A program made the position numbers and the translations under genes. The notes beneath the pieces were generated by a model that saw only the letters and a program-made list of their open reading frames with translations, was not told the origin of the DNA and did no database searches. A DNA stretch of 64,000 nucleotides, taken from contig JAGIQG010000028.1 of NCBI GenBank assembly GCA_024679065.1, positions 22,816,001 to 22,880,000 of the forward strand, read 5' to 3'. The stretch comes from Sphyrna mokarran (taxonomy: Eukaryota). Of the stretch, positions 9,891 to 23,589 are shown one piece after another; position 1 is the stretch's first letter, and the number at the start of each line of letters is the position of its first letter.

Positions 9891-12800
9891 GTCTACTGTG
9901 CAGGTGCTGATTTATCAGCACCGAAATCAGAACATGCATAGTGGTCCCACACTGCCAGTCTCCCAATTGGCCAGTTCAATCGCTGACCAGCCCTGTGACC
10001 TCCACAATGCCAGCCCTTCATACACCCTCCCCCGGCCTGATCGTTGCCCCCCCACATTCCCAAGCATGCTGAGACCCAGCCCCCACCCTTCCTCCTCCAG
10101 GCTTCCTGAAAGTGGGGAGCTTTAGTGATCCTAGCTGGAATGACTCACTCTGGCACAGGGGAGATGCTAGCAGGCCTAGACGCTTAAGTCCCGAACCTGC
10201 TAATTGTATTTAAAATATACTTAAATTTAGGTTTTATATAATTCATGCGGCACCCACCAGTTTTCTGTGCAATGTGACGCCACCAGATATATAGCACTGG
10301 AAAACTATCAGGGTGGGATACCCGGTACGGATCCTGGGAATTGTGTGCTGCTGGAATCTTCCAGACCGCTGTGTTTACAAATTAGTGCAACGGGATGGCA
10401 GAATCGCCTCTAAAATCTCTGCAAGGTGCAACAGTGCTTTTCATTTTGTAAAAGAAAAATGAATGAATAATTTCTTGGAAACTCCCACTCATTTTATGCT
10501 GGAAAGAGCATTCCAAGAGTTCTTGGAATCTGAAACAAGATCAAAATAAGTTGGAAATATCAGAATTTTTACAAAAAAGATTTCTAATGTTTCCAGTGTA
10601 ACTCATTAATAAGTCCGCCTCTGTATCATCTGTTTTGATTATTTCTGAATTTTCTGTCTGACAATACATTTTATATTTCAAAATTACTTTCATTGAGGTT
10701 GTGAAAGACACATGGTATGACTTTTGCTTGCCAGTTCCTTTCTGTTATTCCTTGTAAGTAATCAGCAGGAAGCATAGACTGGATTTTTATTTTTCATCTT
10801 CAGCTCCTCTGAAGCAGCATGTACATGGCCCATTTCAGGGCAAAAAAGAAGAGAATAGAACATTTTGTCACCATATTTAGCTGTCCTTTCCTCGTAACAA
10901 CTGAGGGTTTGTTCTTTCCCAATATGCTGCACGATGGGAGAGCTGTTTGCAGTTATTATGCAAAGCTGTGTAAATGTTTCAAATTCTGCTCACATGCTGT
11001 AATTTTTTTTCCCCCCAGTTTGGTTCCTTGAACACTGTGTGTGGAGTTGTGGTTCAAGGATGGCGTGTGATTGGGCACGTTAGGAGTTTTTTTGCTGGTG
11101 TCAGCCTTTCCCTGTGTTGGTTAACTACCCAAAATCAGCTCAGAGCTGAGATCAGCAGCTCTCTAACTGAGGGAGAGTGGCGTGTCCTTCACAATGTCAC
11201 TGGTTCCTCTGGTATGATAGATTTATATCCCTGAGCACTATCACATGCCCTTGTTCAATAGAGACAGCATGTCTTTTACAATATGTAGTAAGAAGTCTGA
11301 CAACATCAGGTTTAAATCCAACTGATTCATTTGATAGTAAACTCATGAGCTTTCGACCTATGGTCTTCATCAGGTGAATGAGCATATCATGACTACTTTT
11401 ACAATATAGGCACGTTAGGGGGTGTTGAGTTACTCTTTTGTGACTGCTTAGAGTAAAACAGTTTTATTTGATGTTAGATCACCAGTGGAGCATTGTGAGT
11501 AACAAGTATAAGACTCTGGCTGGAAACTTCAAAGAACAAAATCTCATTCCAGTTCTCAACACTTCAAATTGTACTACCCCACTCCTTTGGAGGTTCCTTG
11601 GCTAGGTTTTACAGCGTTCTGAAAGTGGCAGTCACTCTAACTGTTCCTGCAGTGATCTGGTCCTGAGGACTACTGCAGATGGCTCTGTTTGCAGACAGCA
11701 TTGTGACAGTCATGGGGATCTTAGTCACTAACCAGTTCCATCTTAAATACGGATGAAATCATTACAATTTGAAATATCTGATATTACTGCAAAGCCTTAG
11801 GTCACTGGCTGTGATCTATCTAAACGTCAATTCAAATAAAAGAAAAACCCTCTTTTTTTTAACCTGGATAGAGTTGTGCATGCTTGAATCGAATAGACCT
11901 CTATACAATGTTTGAACAGTGCAGTAACAGACATGGCACATCGTTTTTTATTACATTGGTGCACCACTTTGGAAAAGGTGTTTAGATGTGAATTCTGATT
12001 CCCACCTTTCCTGACTTTGTGTGTTTAATCTGTTATTTTCAAATGGAGAATTGAAGAACACCAACTTAAATAAAATAATCTGGATCCAGACTTGCCACAG
12101 TGCTGATCTGTGGTTTGAGCCTGCCTGCATTAGATTCATGGAGAAACCTGGGAGATAATGAGGAGCAATCACTGACTTTAGTGAATTGGTGGTTCTTATT
12201 GTGTAATTGTCATGCGATTGCCAGTGTTTTGGAAGAGGCAGTGAGTCATGTACCTCTTTCTATACTTGGCAGAATAATGTGATTCATATATGTTTGTCCT
12301 CAGTGCAAAAATGTCCATGTTAAATACTGTAGGTGAGATTAAAGTGGCAAATAAAGTTGACTGGAATCCATAGCAACTTTAAACAGACAATTACCAGAGT
12401 AAAGGGGGTATGCATTTAAAACAGCTGCATGATCAAGGCCTAACTAATTTATTTTCTGTCAACCTGATAAATGATGGAGCTAATGACTAATTTAAACCAT
12501 CAATCTCTAGCAGTTAGCCTCCTGGTTTGGAAACTAAGGTCCACAGACCACTGAAAACTCATTTAGGTTCTCAATGTCAGTGACACAATGGGTGAACACC
12601 TATCATGCTATAATTGAGTGGTGGCCACAAGATATCTTACCGCACCACTCTGCCCATCTCCATTACCACAGTGAGTTGCTATTCCTGCCAGGAATAGACA
12701 GACTTTGCAGTAAGAAACCTGTTTTCTTCAAAGCATTATTAAAACATTCTGTACCATCAAAGTGTTATTTGTACAAATATCCTGTCTATAATTTAGAGGA

Positions 12801-14814
12801 GAAGTTTGTGGTTACTAATTGCTTTGAAAAAAGGTCCTTGGCAAACAAAGTTTGAGAATCATTGAGTTAGTCTGTAGTAAATTTAGACATAACATGAGGA
12901 TAATTGGGAGTAATGGAAAACTTTGGAAACCATATGTCAAAAGTCACCTGTTTTTCCAAGCAAGTCCCATGTAATGTCTCAAATTTCTCATGATGTATTT
13001 CCACATTATTTTCTGAAAGAAATCCTGTTTAGTTTGAATGAATCAATACTGCTTTCATCAAATCCCAGGGTTTTTATCTATTGATTGACTATTTGCTCAA
13101 TGAAATAATGTTTCTGTAGATTTGTTCTGAATCTGCCAACTCCATTTCAAGAATAAGCTATATCCTCTGGCTCCACTGCTCTGGGCAAGGTGAAACTGCT
13201 CTTTGGGATCAACATTACTGATTCCTTTTTTTTTTGGATTCACAAGAACAGCAATCGGATTGCCTTTCAACCTTCTTTACCAATGAAAATATGAGCAATT
13301 TACATTCAGTATAATCCAAGCTCTCCATCCTTTTTGACCGTTCTGGCTGCTCTTTTCCGTATTTCTCCTTATACTGCAGTGACCAGAACTGTAGACACAG
13401 TTCTGATTGCAATTGCATTAATCATTTATAAGATAACAGGGTTATCTCAGTATTTCAGCTCGATACTGACCTTTATTCACTACCACCAAGCATTGTTGTG
13501 ACAGATCGATCTTGTCGTTCAGGATCAGATCCCTTTCTAGGCATGTTATAGTGTTATCATTTAAATAAGAAGCATTTTGCATTTCTCCATATTAAATTTC
13601 ACCTGTCTGTTTAATTCTCAAGTAAATTAAGTGACGTGTACCTGACGAGGAAACTCTTTTTAATCTATTCTAATCCAATAATGCTGGATTCAGGCTATTC
13701 TTCATAGGATTATCTAACCTACAGGTTTTTCTGATGTGGCCACATTTAGTTCCATTCCTCATTGTTTAGATGATTCAATTGGATAACAAGGAAGATTCTC
13801 TTCCTGTGGGAGAAGGTTGGAGTGGTCCACAATGAAATTTCATTCCGGTAGAGTTTCTTATAGCTGGTGAGTCTCCAGTTCACAGAGATCTGTTCAGCTC
13901 TTCCTCAATGATTATTTCTGAGAATCTCCTACACTAAAACACCCTGAAGAACCTGCTCCACCGCCAGACTTGGTCAAAAAATGCAATTTAGCCCACTGCA
14001 TGGCACTGGTATTCAGTTGCAAGCGAGTTATCATGCACATACTAATTATCATGTGTTAGCCTCAGTTGTTTTGGTATTAATGTACTGTATGATAGCGAGG
14101 AAGTTGTGATTAATGTATGTGTGAGCGGAATGCCACATACCACACTGAGTAATAATCTAGATTTAATGTTTGATGTACTGGGGACTTCCCCAATATCCTA
14201 GACTTTAGTCACACAGTAATTGCATAAAACGTGACAAGAAATTGCTTGTTAAATTTATTGTGGAATTCGTTGTCTCTTCTGGTAGTTAAGTACTGAACTA
14301 GATGCCAAATTGTGATAGTGTAAGACCTGAAATTTCATCTTTTGAACTTTAAATTCTGGCAATCTGTAGTATTTTTAAACTGATGCAGTTATATCTAATA
14401 CGATCTTGGCAGTTGGAGGAAGTTGCCAAGTGCACAGCTATCTGCAGGATACTGTGCACAATCTTGATTTTACAGTAACAGTTTGGTAAGAAGAAAGGAA
14501 GTAAGCAAACTTGAGCAATTAGAACCAAAAGAAGGATGTTAGATTTTGTTTGAGACTTCCTACCCCAGAGATCATTCAATTTCTCGGGGTCTGCAGTTAG
14601 ACGTGTGTTCCTATGGACACTGCACTCTAGAAACTTTTTTTTGCATTTTACATTGTCAGCTTACGATCAGTAATGATGATTATGAAACATTCAGATTGTT
14701 GTTTTAAAAATAAACACCTGATTCATTTTAAAAAAAAATCTAGTTCACTAATGTCCATCTCTTGAGCTGAAATGAGTTTGAGTTTTACTACAATATTGTT
14801 CTGTGGAGACACTT

Positions 14815-15450
14815 TTCCATAGGGAAATCAAAGACTGCCAGAAGTTGGTATTCGGCATGCTTGATTTCATTGGTCAAAACGTTGGATACAGGAGTTGGGA
14901 CGCCTTGTTGAAGTTATTCAAGACATTGGTAAGGCTACACTTGGAATAATGTGTGCAATTCTGGTCACATTATATGAAGGATATTATTAAATTAGAAAGA
15001 GTGTAGAAAAGATTTTCTAGGATGTTACTGGAACTTGATGGATTGAGTTATAAAAAGAGGCTGAATAGACTGGGACTTCGTCCTCTGCAGCGTAGGAGGA
15101 TGAGGGGTGACGCTTGTAGAGATCTATAAAATAATGAGTATAGACAAGGTAGATAGTTCATATCTTTTCCTAAAGGTAGGGGAGTCTAAAACCAAAGGGC
15201 ATAAGTTTAAGGTGAGAGGGGAGAGACACAATTTTTTCACACACAAGGTGGTGAGTGTCTGGAATAAGCTGCCAGAGATGGTAGTAGAGGCAGGTACAAT
15301 TTTATCTTTTAAAAAGCATTTAGATATTTACATAGGTGTAGAGTGATATGTGCCAAATGCAGGCAATGGGGACTAGCTTAGGGGTTTTTAAAAAAAGGGC
15401 AACATGGAGCAGTTGGGTCGAAAGACCTGTTTTCATCTGTATGACTCTGA
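14815..15450 (+). mobile_element. CR1-type LINE 3' fragment
   Basis: Degenerate LEYCVQFWS-type coding, ORF 15107 EIYKIM...NFFTHKVVSVWNKLP, CR1 3' tail. Confidence 0.85.
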
Positions 15451-15900
15451 CTCTGTCAGTCGGAGATCTGTTTCTTAGATCTTGCATGGTTGTGGATCAT
15501 TGTGGTATTGTACCTATTGGAATACAGATGTAGCTTTTGAAAGACATGTTCCTTTGAGCCATGTTCACATTCACGTATATCCCGGATAGGTTTGTTATGC
15601 CGTGCTCCCATAAGTTATATTGACACAATTATGCTGAGTAGTTTGTAATGTCTAATGAGTTCTTTCCCTTCACTGCTGGCTCATTAGGGAGGCCAAAAGT
15701 GCAATTCTTTTTTTAAAAAAAAATCAACTTTGGAATATACCCTTAAATATAAAAGGCCCTGCATTTAATACCCATTTTCAAATACTTTTCACTGTCAGGA
15801 ATTGATAATTGTCTTGCTTTGAGCAAATATGGAAATGCTGACTCTTGCAAGTATTCCAGCGTCATATAAAAAGTGAATGTTTTCTTTCTTCCCACCCAAG

Positions 15901-16007
15901 ATTCAGGGTTACTTTGCTGCCTGTGAGGAGGAGACACCAGCAATTCGAAACCATGACAAAGTACTGCAGAGGCTGTGTGAGCATCTGGACCACGCCCTGC
16001 TCTATGG
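15901..16007 (+). CDS. PLEKHM2: PLEKHM2 exon 2 (RUN domain region)
   Basis: Pyrimidine tract + AG at 15899-15900; IQGYFAACEEETPAIRNHDKVLQRLCEHLDHALLYG; donor GTAAGA. Confidence 0.97.
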
Positions 16008-16879
16008 GTAAGAGCAAAAGCTTAAATCTCATAATCGTGTCAGTGCCTGACATCCAATGAACTAATTTTGATTTGCTGTCACTGTTGCTATATTGGGTGT
16101 AGTTTGTATTGTGTATTTAACTTTGAACACGAAAAATGGGAGACTCTTCCCGAAACCAATCCCATAGTTCATGTTGAGTCACATTTATACACGTTATCAT
16201 CCCTAAACAATAATGGCAGCATTTTGCTAACCTTTAAATGCTAAACCTGGGAAAGTGTGCGTATTGTAAAACTTATATATGAAGTTTTGCCTAAAGGGCA
16301 GGTAACTTCATATGCTGCTTCCACATAGGCTTTAGTGAAATGATTCAGAAAAGGCTGCAGCAAGGTTATCCTACATAGGTTTTCCTTTCCCTTTGAAGTT
16401 CTGTCTGGATTTTGCAGATTATTGGACATCTTCTCATTTTTTGAATGACTATTTTGCTTAACTATTTTCAGAACAAAACAAGTCGATGTTACGTTGAAAT
16501 CATTAGCCTACTTAAAGGCACTGAAATCATTATGTCTGATTTGGTTCCAGGAACTGGCTGATTGAAATGTCCAGATCTTTTTAAATGTAATTAATATTGG
16601 GAGTTTCTATTTTAACCTTAGAAATTCAGCAATGGAAAATGAATTTTAAGAAGAAAAATGTGCGAATGGATAAAACCAAATTGCTTAGTTTCCTGCCTAT
16701 TTACAATTTCTGGCTGTTCTTCACTTTAATATTTTAGTCCTCCACATCCCAAAACTTAGCTTGGCCTCTTGTTTGGGATTTTACTGTACACAGCCAAACA
16801 ATCCAGAAGGTTATTAATACCTCACATATCTAGGCTCAACAATAACCAGCAAAAGCATCCCTTGGTGCTGAAGTCAATG

Positions 16880-17420
16880 TTGCAAAAGTTGCAGCTGTTG
16901 CGTCCAAACTGAGTAAGAGTGTGTGGGACAACAGCAACCTGATTGAGCACCAAACTGAGAATGTACCAGGCCCATGTCTTTGGTGCACTCCAGAGTGGTG
17001 AAACCTGGACAACCTGTATTAGGCAGAGGAAAAGGCCGAATAGTTTGCTATCTCTGATATATTCTCAGCGTATTTTGGCAGGACAAGGTCACCTAAGCAG
17101 ATGTCCTGGAAATGTTTAATTCAGTAATATTTCCTCATTGCTAAGCCAGCAACACATGCACTAGCTTAGCCACGTTCAGCAAATGGATGGCAGCCGTATT
17201 CCCAAATACCTTCTGTATAATGAATTAGCCAATTAGCGAACTTCTAGTCACCCATATCCCTGCTACGAGGGTACCTGCAAGCGGGGTACAAAAGTCACTG
17301 ACATTGACATTAACAGTTGGAAGACAGTCGCTGTTGGCTGTGACCTCTAGTAACTGACTGTTCAGAAGGACATTGGAAAAGGTGAGCAGAAATGAGAAGC
17401 TCAGCTAGCTGAAGAGAGAG
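16880..17420 (+). mobile_element. RTE-clade LINE 3' fragment (decayed)
   Basis: TGGCAGGACAAGGTCACC (WQDKVT) and CCACGTT...ATGGATGGCAGCCGTATTCCCAAA (HV..M...RIPK) resemble the RTE ORF C-terminus. Confidence 0.6.
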
Positions 17421-17487
17421 CCTAGAAAAAATAGAGACTAACAAAGTGTGCACCTTCTCTGCCTACTGTCTTCCTCTGCAACAACAT

Positions 17488-17806
17488 GGGTGACAAGTAT
17501 TAGCACGGCTGCCTCACAGCTCTAGGGACCTGTGTTCGATTCCCGGCTTGGGTCTTGTCTGCGTGAAGTCTGTATGTTCCAATATATGGGTTTCCTCCAG
17601 GTACTCTGGTTTTCTCCCACAGTCCAAAGATGTGCAGGTTAGGTTGATTGGCCGTGTTAAATTGACCTTTAGTGTCCTGGGATGCATTGATGAGAAGGAT
17701 TAGCGAGGTAAATATGTGGGGTTACAGTGATAGGACCTGGATGGGACTGTTGTCGGTGCAGACCTGATGGGCTGAATGGCCCTCTCCTCCACTGTAGGGA
17801 TTCTAT
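17488..17806 (+). mobile_element. HE1-like V-SINE, tail A
   Basis: Same head, V-domain and tail as the 4967 copy. Confidence 0.85.
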
Positions 17807-18799
17807 CAAGTGCAGCAGACAGGTCTTCCTGAACCACACAGGATGACACTTGACCACCATGATGCAAATCTATGAGATAGAAGACTGCCACTATTAGCAG
17901 TGTTGTAGGGGGCATTGTGTGACCTTGCCTGTTCATGTTTAAGAAGTTTCAACATTGGGTGAAATGTCTGGATGCCAAGTTAAGGTCCTGTGCGATTATG
18001 TCAGTCTCCTTTCTTACTTTAAATTTTAAAACACATGAAACACCCCTTCAGTAAATGCAATTTCCAGAAGAACTCTGCTCCAAAAGGGCTTGTATCTGTC
18101 ATGTGAAATTCTAGGCCCAAGTTAAAGGATTGAAATGGGGACGAATGTTGACAGCATTATTTCAAAGTCAGTTTCGCAGGAATGAAAGCATAATAGACAG
18201 CAGGTTCAAGTCTCTGAAAGTAAATTATGGCACTTAACGTGAAATTGATCTGTTTCAGGGAGTCTTGAATCAGCAGCTTGTGTTAGGGTGCAATGACTAA
18301 AAGTGCAAGAATTTTCAATTCTCATGTATCATTGCAGAAGCTAAACATAGTCCCAAAGGTGCTGCAACCTGAATTGATATCACCCACGCAGCCATTAAAA
18401 CAAGTGTGTCAACTATTATTGAATTGGAGTGTATGAATTATAATTACATATAAAAAAAGATTAATTTTACATGAATTGAATGGGGGGAAAAAACAGGTCT
18501 GCATATCCAGTGCACTATTTGGGTTGGTTAACTTTACCCAGTGGTGATTCCCTTTTATTCTTCTAATAAAAATTGTTTTTGAGGTTACGGTAGCTGTCAG
18601 TTATTTCACTGATGTGCCTTTCAATACAAATTGTTCCTTTTCAGATTTTCTTATGTTTTTTTTCAGTATTCCTGGCTGTTTAGTTACTTTGAGTGATAGT
18701 GCAAGTCAAGAACACACAAAGAGCCAAGGGCTGACAGTTGGATATTCTGGCTGATGTCTCTGAGTGTCTGTGCTGATTTTTCTTTTTCTCTCTGTTTAG

Positions 18800-18909
18800 T
18801 TTGCAGGATATTTCCTCTGGATACTGGGTGTTGGTTGTACATTTTACTCGCAGTGAAGCTGTGAAGCAGATTGATGTGCTGCAACATGTTGCCACTAATC
18901 TCGGTCGGA
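18800..18909 (+). CDS. PLEKHM2: PLEKHM2 exon 3 (RUN domain)
   Basis: LQDISSGYWVLVVHFTRSEAVKQIDVLQHVATNLGR; AG acceptor, GTAAGT donor; phase fits neighbours. Confidence 0.97.
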
Positions 18910-19482
18910 GTAAGTATCACACTCCAGATGTGCATCTAATTTATGTAATCAATTTGAGTTTGTACCATTTGGTTTTAAAAAAAAAAGGAATTAAAATTAT
19001 TTATTTTGTTTTCTTTGCAGCTGTCTTTTCATCCTGTCCAACTTTTTTTTAACCCTCATCTCATCTGTACATCAGATTATTCCATTATCAGACCATTACT
19101 GCAAGTTCTGATCCTCTTGTCATGCAGTGCTCATGCAGCACCTTTTATAACACTGGCTTCTGGATACTGTTAAGCAGGAATCATGAATGACTTGCATCTT
19201 GCTCTCTGAGGGTCATTAGTTTGTGGAATTCCTTCCCCAGAAAGCAATGTAGGCTGAGTCATTACATGTATTCAACGCTGAATTAGACAGGGAGTCCGAG
19301 ATTATTAAGGGCAGGGAGGAAAGTGGCATAGAGACCACAGTTAGATCTGCCATAATCTTATTGAATGGTGAAGCAGGCTCCAAAGGCCGATTGATCTGCT
19401 TCTGCTCCTGATTCTTGTGTTTTGTTGTAGTGGCCTTATTATTGACCCAGCTGTTTCTCTTTTGTCCTTTTTCTCACCTTAG

Positions 19483-19582
19483 GTCGAGCCTGGCTGTACC
19501 TTGCGTTAAATGAGAATTCTCTGGAGAGCTATCTGAGGTTATTCTGGGAAAATCAGAACCTGCTTCATAAGTACTATTTCAA
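19483..19582 (+). CDS. PLEKHM2: PLEKHM2 exon 4 (RUN domain)
   Basis: (S)RAWLYLALNENSLESYLRLFWENQNLLHKYYF(K), containing the RUN-domain RAWL..AL motif; AG/GTAAGT. Confidence 0.97.
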
Positions 19583-20294
19583 GTAAGTCCAACTGCAGGT
19601 GAGCGCGTGGAATTTATCAAAACTTGCAGCTTGGGTGTCGAGAGTGGATGATTGACATTCACTTGTAGGAGTCAGCTATTAGATTTGCAGGATGTTCTGA
19701 TGTATATACCATCAGTGTCTAAGTCCATCTGTGAAGCCTCAAAATCCCTCCAAAAATGGGGTTCCAATTATTCACAAAGTTTAAAAATGAACATCTGGCA
19801 TGGGTGTCGGTGATCACCATCTTGAAACCCTTCTGCTCATCTTTACAACGTAACCCATATCACCTGGCTTGATTCTTTGCAGCAGTTATAAGGCACCAAT
19901 CAGTAAATAAAATCCATTTGTGGAGTACAAAATTCAAGCTGATCACTGATAAGGACAGTAAAGGGTTGACAAAGGAATCACCAAATAATTTCACAGGATA
20001 ATGAGAATATACGAAGTGAACTCTCCATTGTTCTAAATAGTTACTAGCTCCTGATCGACACTGTCCCTCATTGTGTTTAAGTCTGGCCGGGCTAGGTGGT
20101 TCACTGTATTCTGAGAACAGCACCCACGTTTGGAGCAATTACCCTGATAAAAATGTGAAAACAATATACGTTTTCCAGTTGGATTAATATCTTTAAACAG
20201 CGGTTTCAAAAGAAAAATATCAGAGGAAAATGAAGAAATGAGATGGTCTGAAAGATGTTACTGCCTCTCCTTAACCCCTACAACCTGGAAAATT

Positions 20295-20556
20295 CATCAT
20301 AGAATCCCTGCAGTGCAGAAGGAGACTATTCAACCCATTGAGTCTGCACAAACCGCAATCCCACCCAACCCTTATCCCATAACCCTATCTATTAACCCTA
20401 GTAACCTCCTGACACTAAGGGGCAATTTAGCATAGAACTCGCACATCTTTGGAGTGTGGGAGGAAACCCACACTGATATGGGAAGAATGTGCAAACTCCA
20501 TACAGGCAGTGACCTAGTCCTGGCGCTGTGAGGCAGTACTGCTGCCATGCCACCCC
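20295..20556 (-). mobile_element. HE1-like V-SINE, tail A (internally deleted)
   Basis: Reverse-complement match to the other copies. Confidence 0.8.
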
Positions 20557-20825
20557 AAAATTAATATTTCCCCATTACCATGTTTTGTGATTTGTATAGA
20601 AAATGTATTTGTAAAAATAGTTCTTTAAAATTATCTGCAGTTAAATGGATAATGTTTCAATGTAAGTTGCACAGTTTCTTTACTAAGTGATGCACTTGAT
20701 TATGCCTGATAGAGTACCTAAGATAAGACACAATACTTGTAACATGACAAAGCAAATATCTTATAGAGGACGTTGGTCCAGTAAACATGAGATATCTTAT
20801 TGTCTTGTTTCTCCAAAACCCTAAG

Positions 20826-20913
20826 GAACGCTCTGGTTTGCAGTCATGATCACCTGACCCTCTTCCTCACATTAGTGTCTGGCCTAGAATTCATCCGATT
20901 TGAGTTGGAACTG
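20826..20913 (+). CDS. PLEKHM2: PLEKHM2 exon 5 (RUN domain end)
   Basis: NALVCSHDHLTLFLTLVSGLEFIRFELEL; AG/GTAAGG. Confidence 0.97.
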
Positions 20914-21190
20914 GTAAGGAACACACCTTCTTTAAATGATGTGGTGCAGGCTTTTAAACTGCTGAAAGGAACAGATGTAAATAGGTCATTTAACCTGGCC
21001 TGATTTGTGCAGTATTGAAAGTCAAATGTATAGAATTAGTGAGCTTTAAGCAAGAGATCGGAATAATTGATTTTCTCAGTGTGAAGTTTGCAGGGCAGCT
21101 CTTTCAAAGAGTCTGTACTGCCACGGGCTCCCTTTTTTGACATATAATCATATAGCAATGTGGAATAGGCATCATGTGTACAGATACCAT

Positions 21191-21308
21191 GGGTGGGATT
21201 TTCCAACTGCTTTCGCCCCAAGAACAGAAAATCCCACCCTCAAGGTCAATGGATCCTTTCCCTGCCCACTACAATTCCCATGGCAAGCAGGATGGGAAAA
21301 TTCTGCCC
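21191..21308. mobile_element. MITE with 14-bp imperfect TIRs and 3-bp TSD (Harbinger-like)
   Basis: GGGTGGGATTTTCC ... GGAAAATTCTGCCC flanked by CAT/CAT; related copy at about 47998-48122. Confidence 0.65.
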
Positions 21309-22029
21309 CATGTGCATGTAAAGATCTTCCAGCATTTATTTGCTAGTGATACTGGCCCCCCAAAGTGGAGCTGCACACAGCTGGCTACAAACCAAAAGCA
21401 ACTTTGCCAAGATGTACTGAGATCAGTTGTAAGATTTGTTTTCTTGGCAGTTGGATTTAGTATTTCCTAAAAAAAAATTACTTTTGGACTGAGGCCGACT
21501 TTAAGACCTAAGCATCAATAAGTAAATCAGCCACGTGGGTCTTCACCTTGTAAAAGTCCTGAGTTACTGAACCAAAGGAACATAAGATCCAGAAAACGAG
21601 GTAAGTGTATGAGTATCAAGAATGATATTTATTTTGTAATTTGATCTGATGTATTTTGTCAGAATGGCAGAAAGGAGCAAGCTCACAATACCTTCTTTCA
21701 GTTAATTGACAATATTAATAAGACTTGACAGCATTTGTGAATGGTTGAGGAAGTGAATGGTGTTTTAGTCCATATTTTGAAATGCTCTCTAATATCATTT
21801 TGCATTAAATCTTGAGCTGAAAGTGCTTCTGAACTACTTAAAATTAGGCAAGCTTGTTTACCTTTTTTAAAAGACAATCTGTGATCTGTACAAATGATAG
21901 TAAAAATTGCAATATTAAGGCAGTTGTTTTTATATTGAATCTTCACAATAACGTCACTAAGATTTTGTGTTTTTAGTTCCTAGCTGCTGCCCATTCCAAT
22001 TGCGCTTTTATTTGTTGCTCTGATTCCAG

Positions 22030-22216
22030 GATGTTCCCTATCTGGACCTGGCTCCATATATGCCAGAATATTACAAACCACAGCACCTGTTGGACTTTGA
22101 AGAGCGCCTGCCCAACTCTTTGCATGGCTCCGACAGCCTCTCGCTTAATTCGTTTAACTCTGTTACTTCCACTAATTTGGAATGGGATGATAGTGCCATC
22201 GCACCTTCCAGTGAGG
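22030..22216 (+). CDS. PLEKHM2: PLEKHM2 exon 6 (first W-acidic kinesin light chain-binding motif LEWDDS)
   Basis: DVPYLDLAPYMPEYYKPQHLLDFEERLPNSLHGSDSLSLNSFNSVTSTNLEWDDSAIAPSSE; AG/GTAAGT. Confidence 0.97.
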
Positions 22217-22766
22217 GTAAGTTCAAAGCTTTTTGCAGTATCCAAAGAATCCTCATTATAAACTTCCCTTGACATGTATTCATGGATTTAAGCTAAAAGA
22301 CTGTATTGATCATGTTGGGTGTTCTGGCTGAGTAGGTTACAACATCTTGTGGTGTATGAAGAGTCAACCCTGCCATTTGCAGGTTAAAGCCAGCATTTCC
22401 TCATCCACGTCATAGTTCAATGACCATGCTTGAAAATGCAGGTTGGGCAAGCATGGGATGAACTTGTCTGTGATGCCATCTGTGTACTATAGACTATTGA
22501 TATTTGGCATCTAAGCAGCAAGTGACACAGTCAGTTGGCCAAGGTCCTTAAGTGGCATTTTAAAATCATTGTGCCATAAGAATCAAAATTTTTCTGAAGA
22601 TAAATGGAGGACTATTGATTTCCTTTTCTCTCTGGCATGCTTTGCATAACCTCTTGAAGGGACAGGTCAGGCATCCAAGGTAGGATAATGGAGATTCTCT
22701 CTAACTCTTATTATAACAGTGCTCCCAAAGAAACTGTCTCAACCACAGAGCTTGAAAGTTACTTCT

Positions 22767-23043
22767 TAGAATCCTTCCAGTGCAGAAGGAGGTGAGTTGG
22801 CCCATTAAGTCTGACCAACCTCTGCAGTCCCACTCATTTAACCTGCTGACCCCCTTGACACCAATGGACAATTTAGCACGGCCAGTCAACCTAACCTGCA
22901 CATCTTTGGAGTTGGGAGGAAACCGGAGCACCCGGAGGAAACACGGGGAGAACATGTAAACTCTGCACAGTAACCGAGGCTGAAATTGAATCCAGGTCTC
23001 TGGTGTTGTGAGGCAGCAGTGCTAATCACTGTCACTGTGCCCC
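22767..23043 (-). mobile_element. HE1-like V-SINE, tail A
   Basis: Reverse-complement match to the other copies. Confidence 0.8.
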
Positions 23044-23589
23044 AAAATTATCTATTGGAAGAGCTCATAAGCTCTCCCTTTCATTCCAGTGATGAATGAG
23101 GAGGACATGCATGTACAGCATGAATAACTCTGAACAAATCCATGAAAATCACTGAACAATTTAAAAAAATACATATCTTACAGAGAAGACATCATCATTT
23201 CATGCTGTATGTATCTCACTGTGTTAATCGGCACCAGTCATAATGAAATGATGTGACATGCTGCAGGTTAGTAAAGTGAAAATTTATTCATTCTCAATCT
23301 GACCTTGAAATGCATATGGTGCAGATGGTTCAATAGTTAATAATTTGAATGTGTTCTGCATGGTGGAGCATAAGTACAGATTGCAAGGAAGTTGTGGTTT
23401 TGTAGTTGAAATGCTTCAAAAGCTAATGGATAGTCTATCACAAGCATGTAATGCCATCTCTGTTGTAATGCAGATATTCTGGAGTCTTTCACTCACTCTT
23501 ACAAATCACTCCGCGATTGACTCTGATAACTAATGACTGGTTAGAAGCTTAAAGCTTCTGCAGACATGATTTCATTGCAAGTAGTACGC

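Noticed and set aside
11177-11377. Possible alternative coding first exon ending at the CAG/GTGAAT donor
   Set aside because: The frame needed to join phase-0 exon 2 has an upstream TAA and no ATG.
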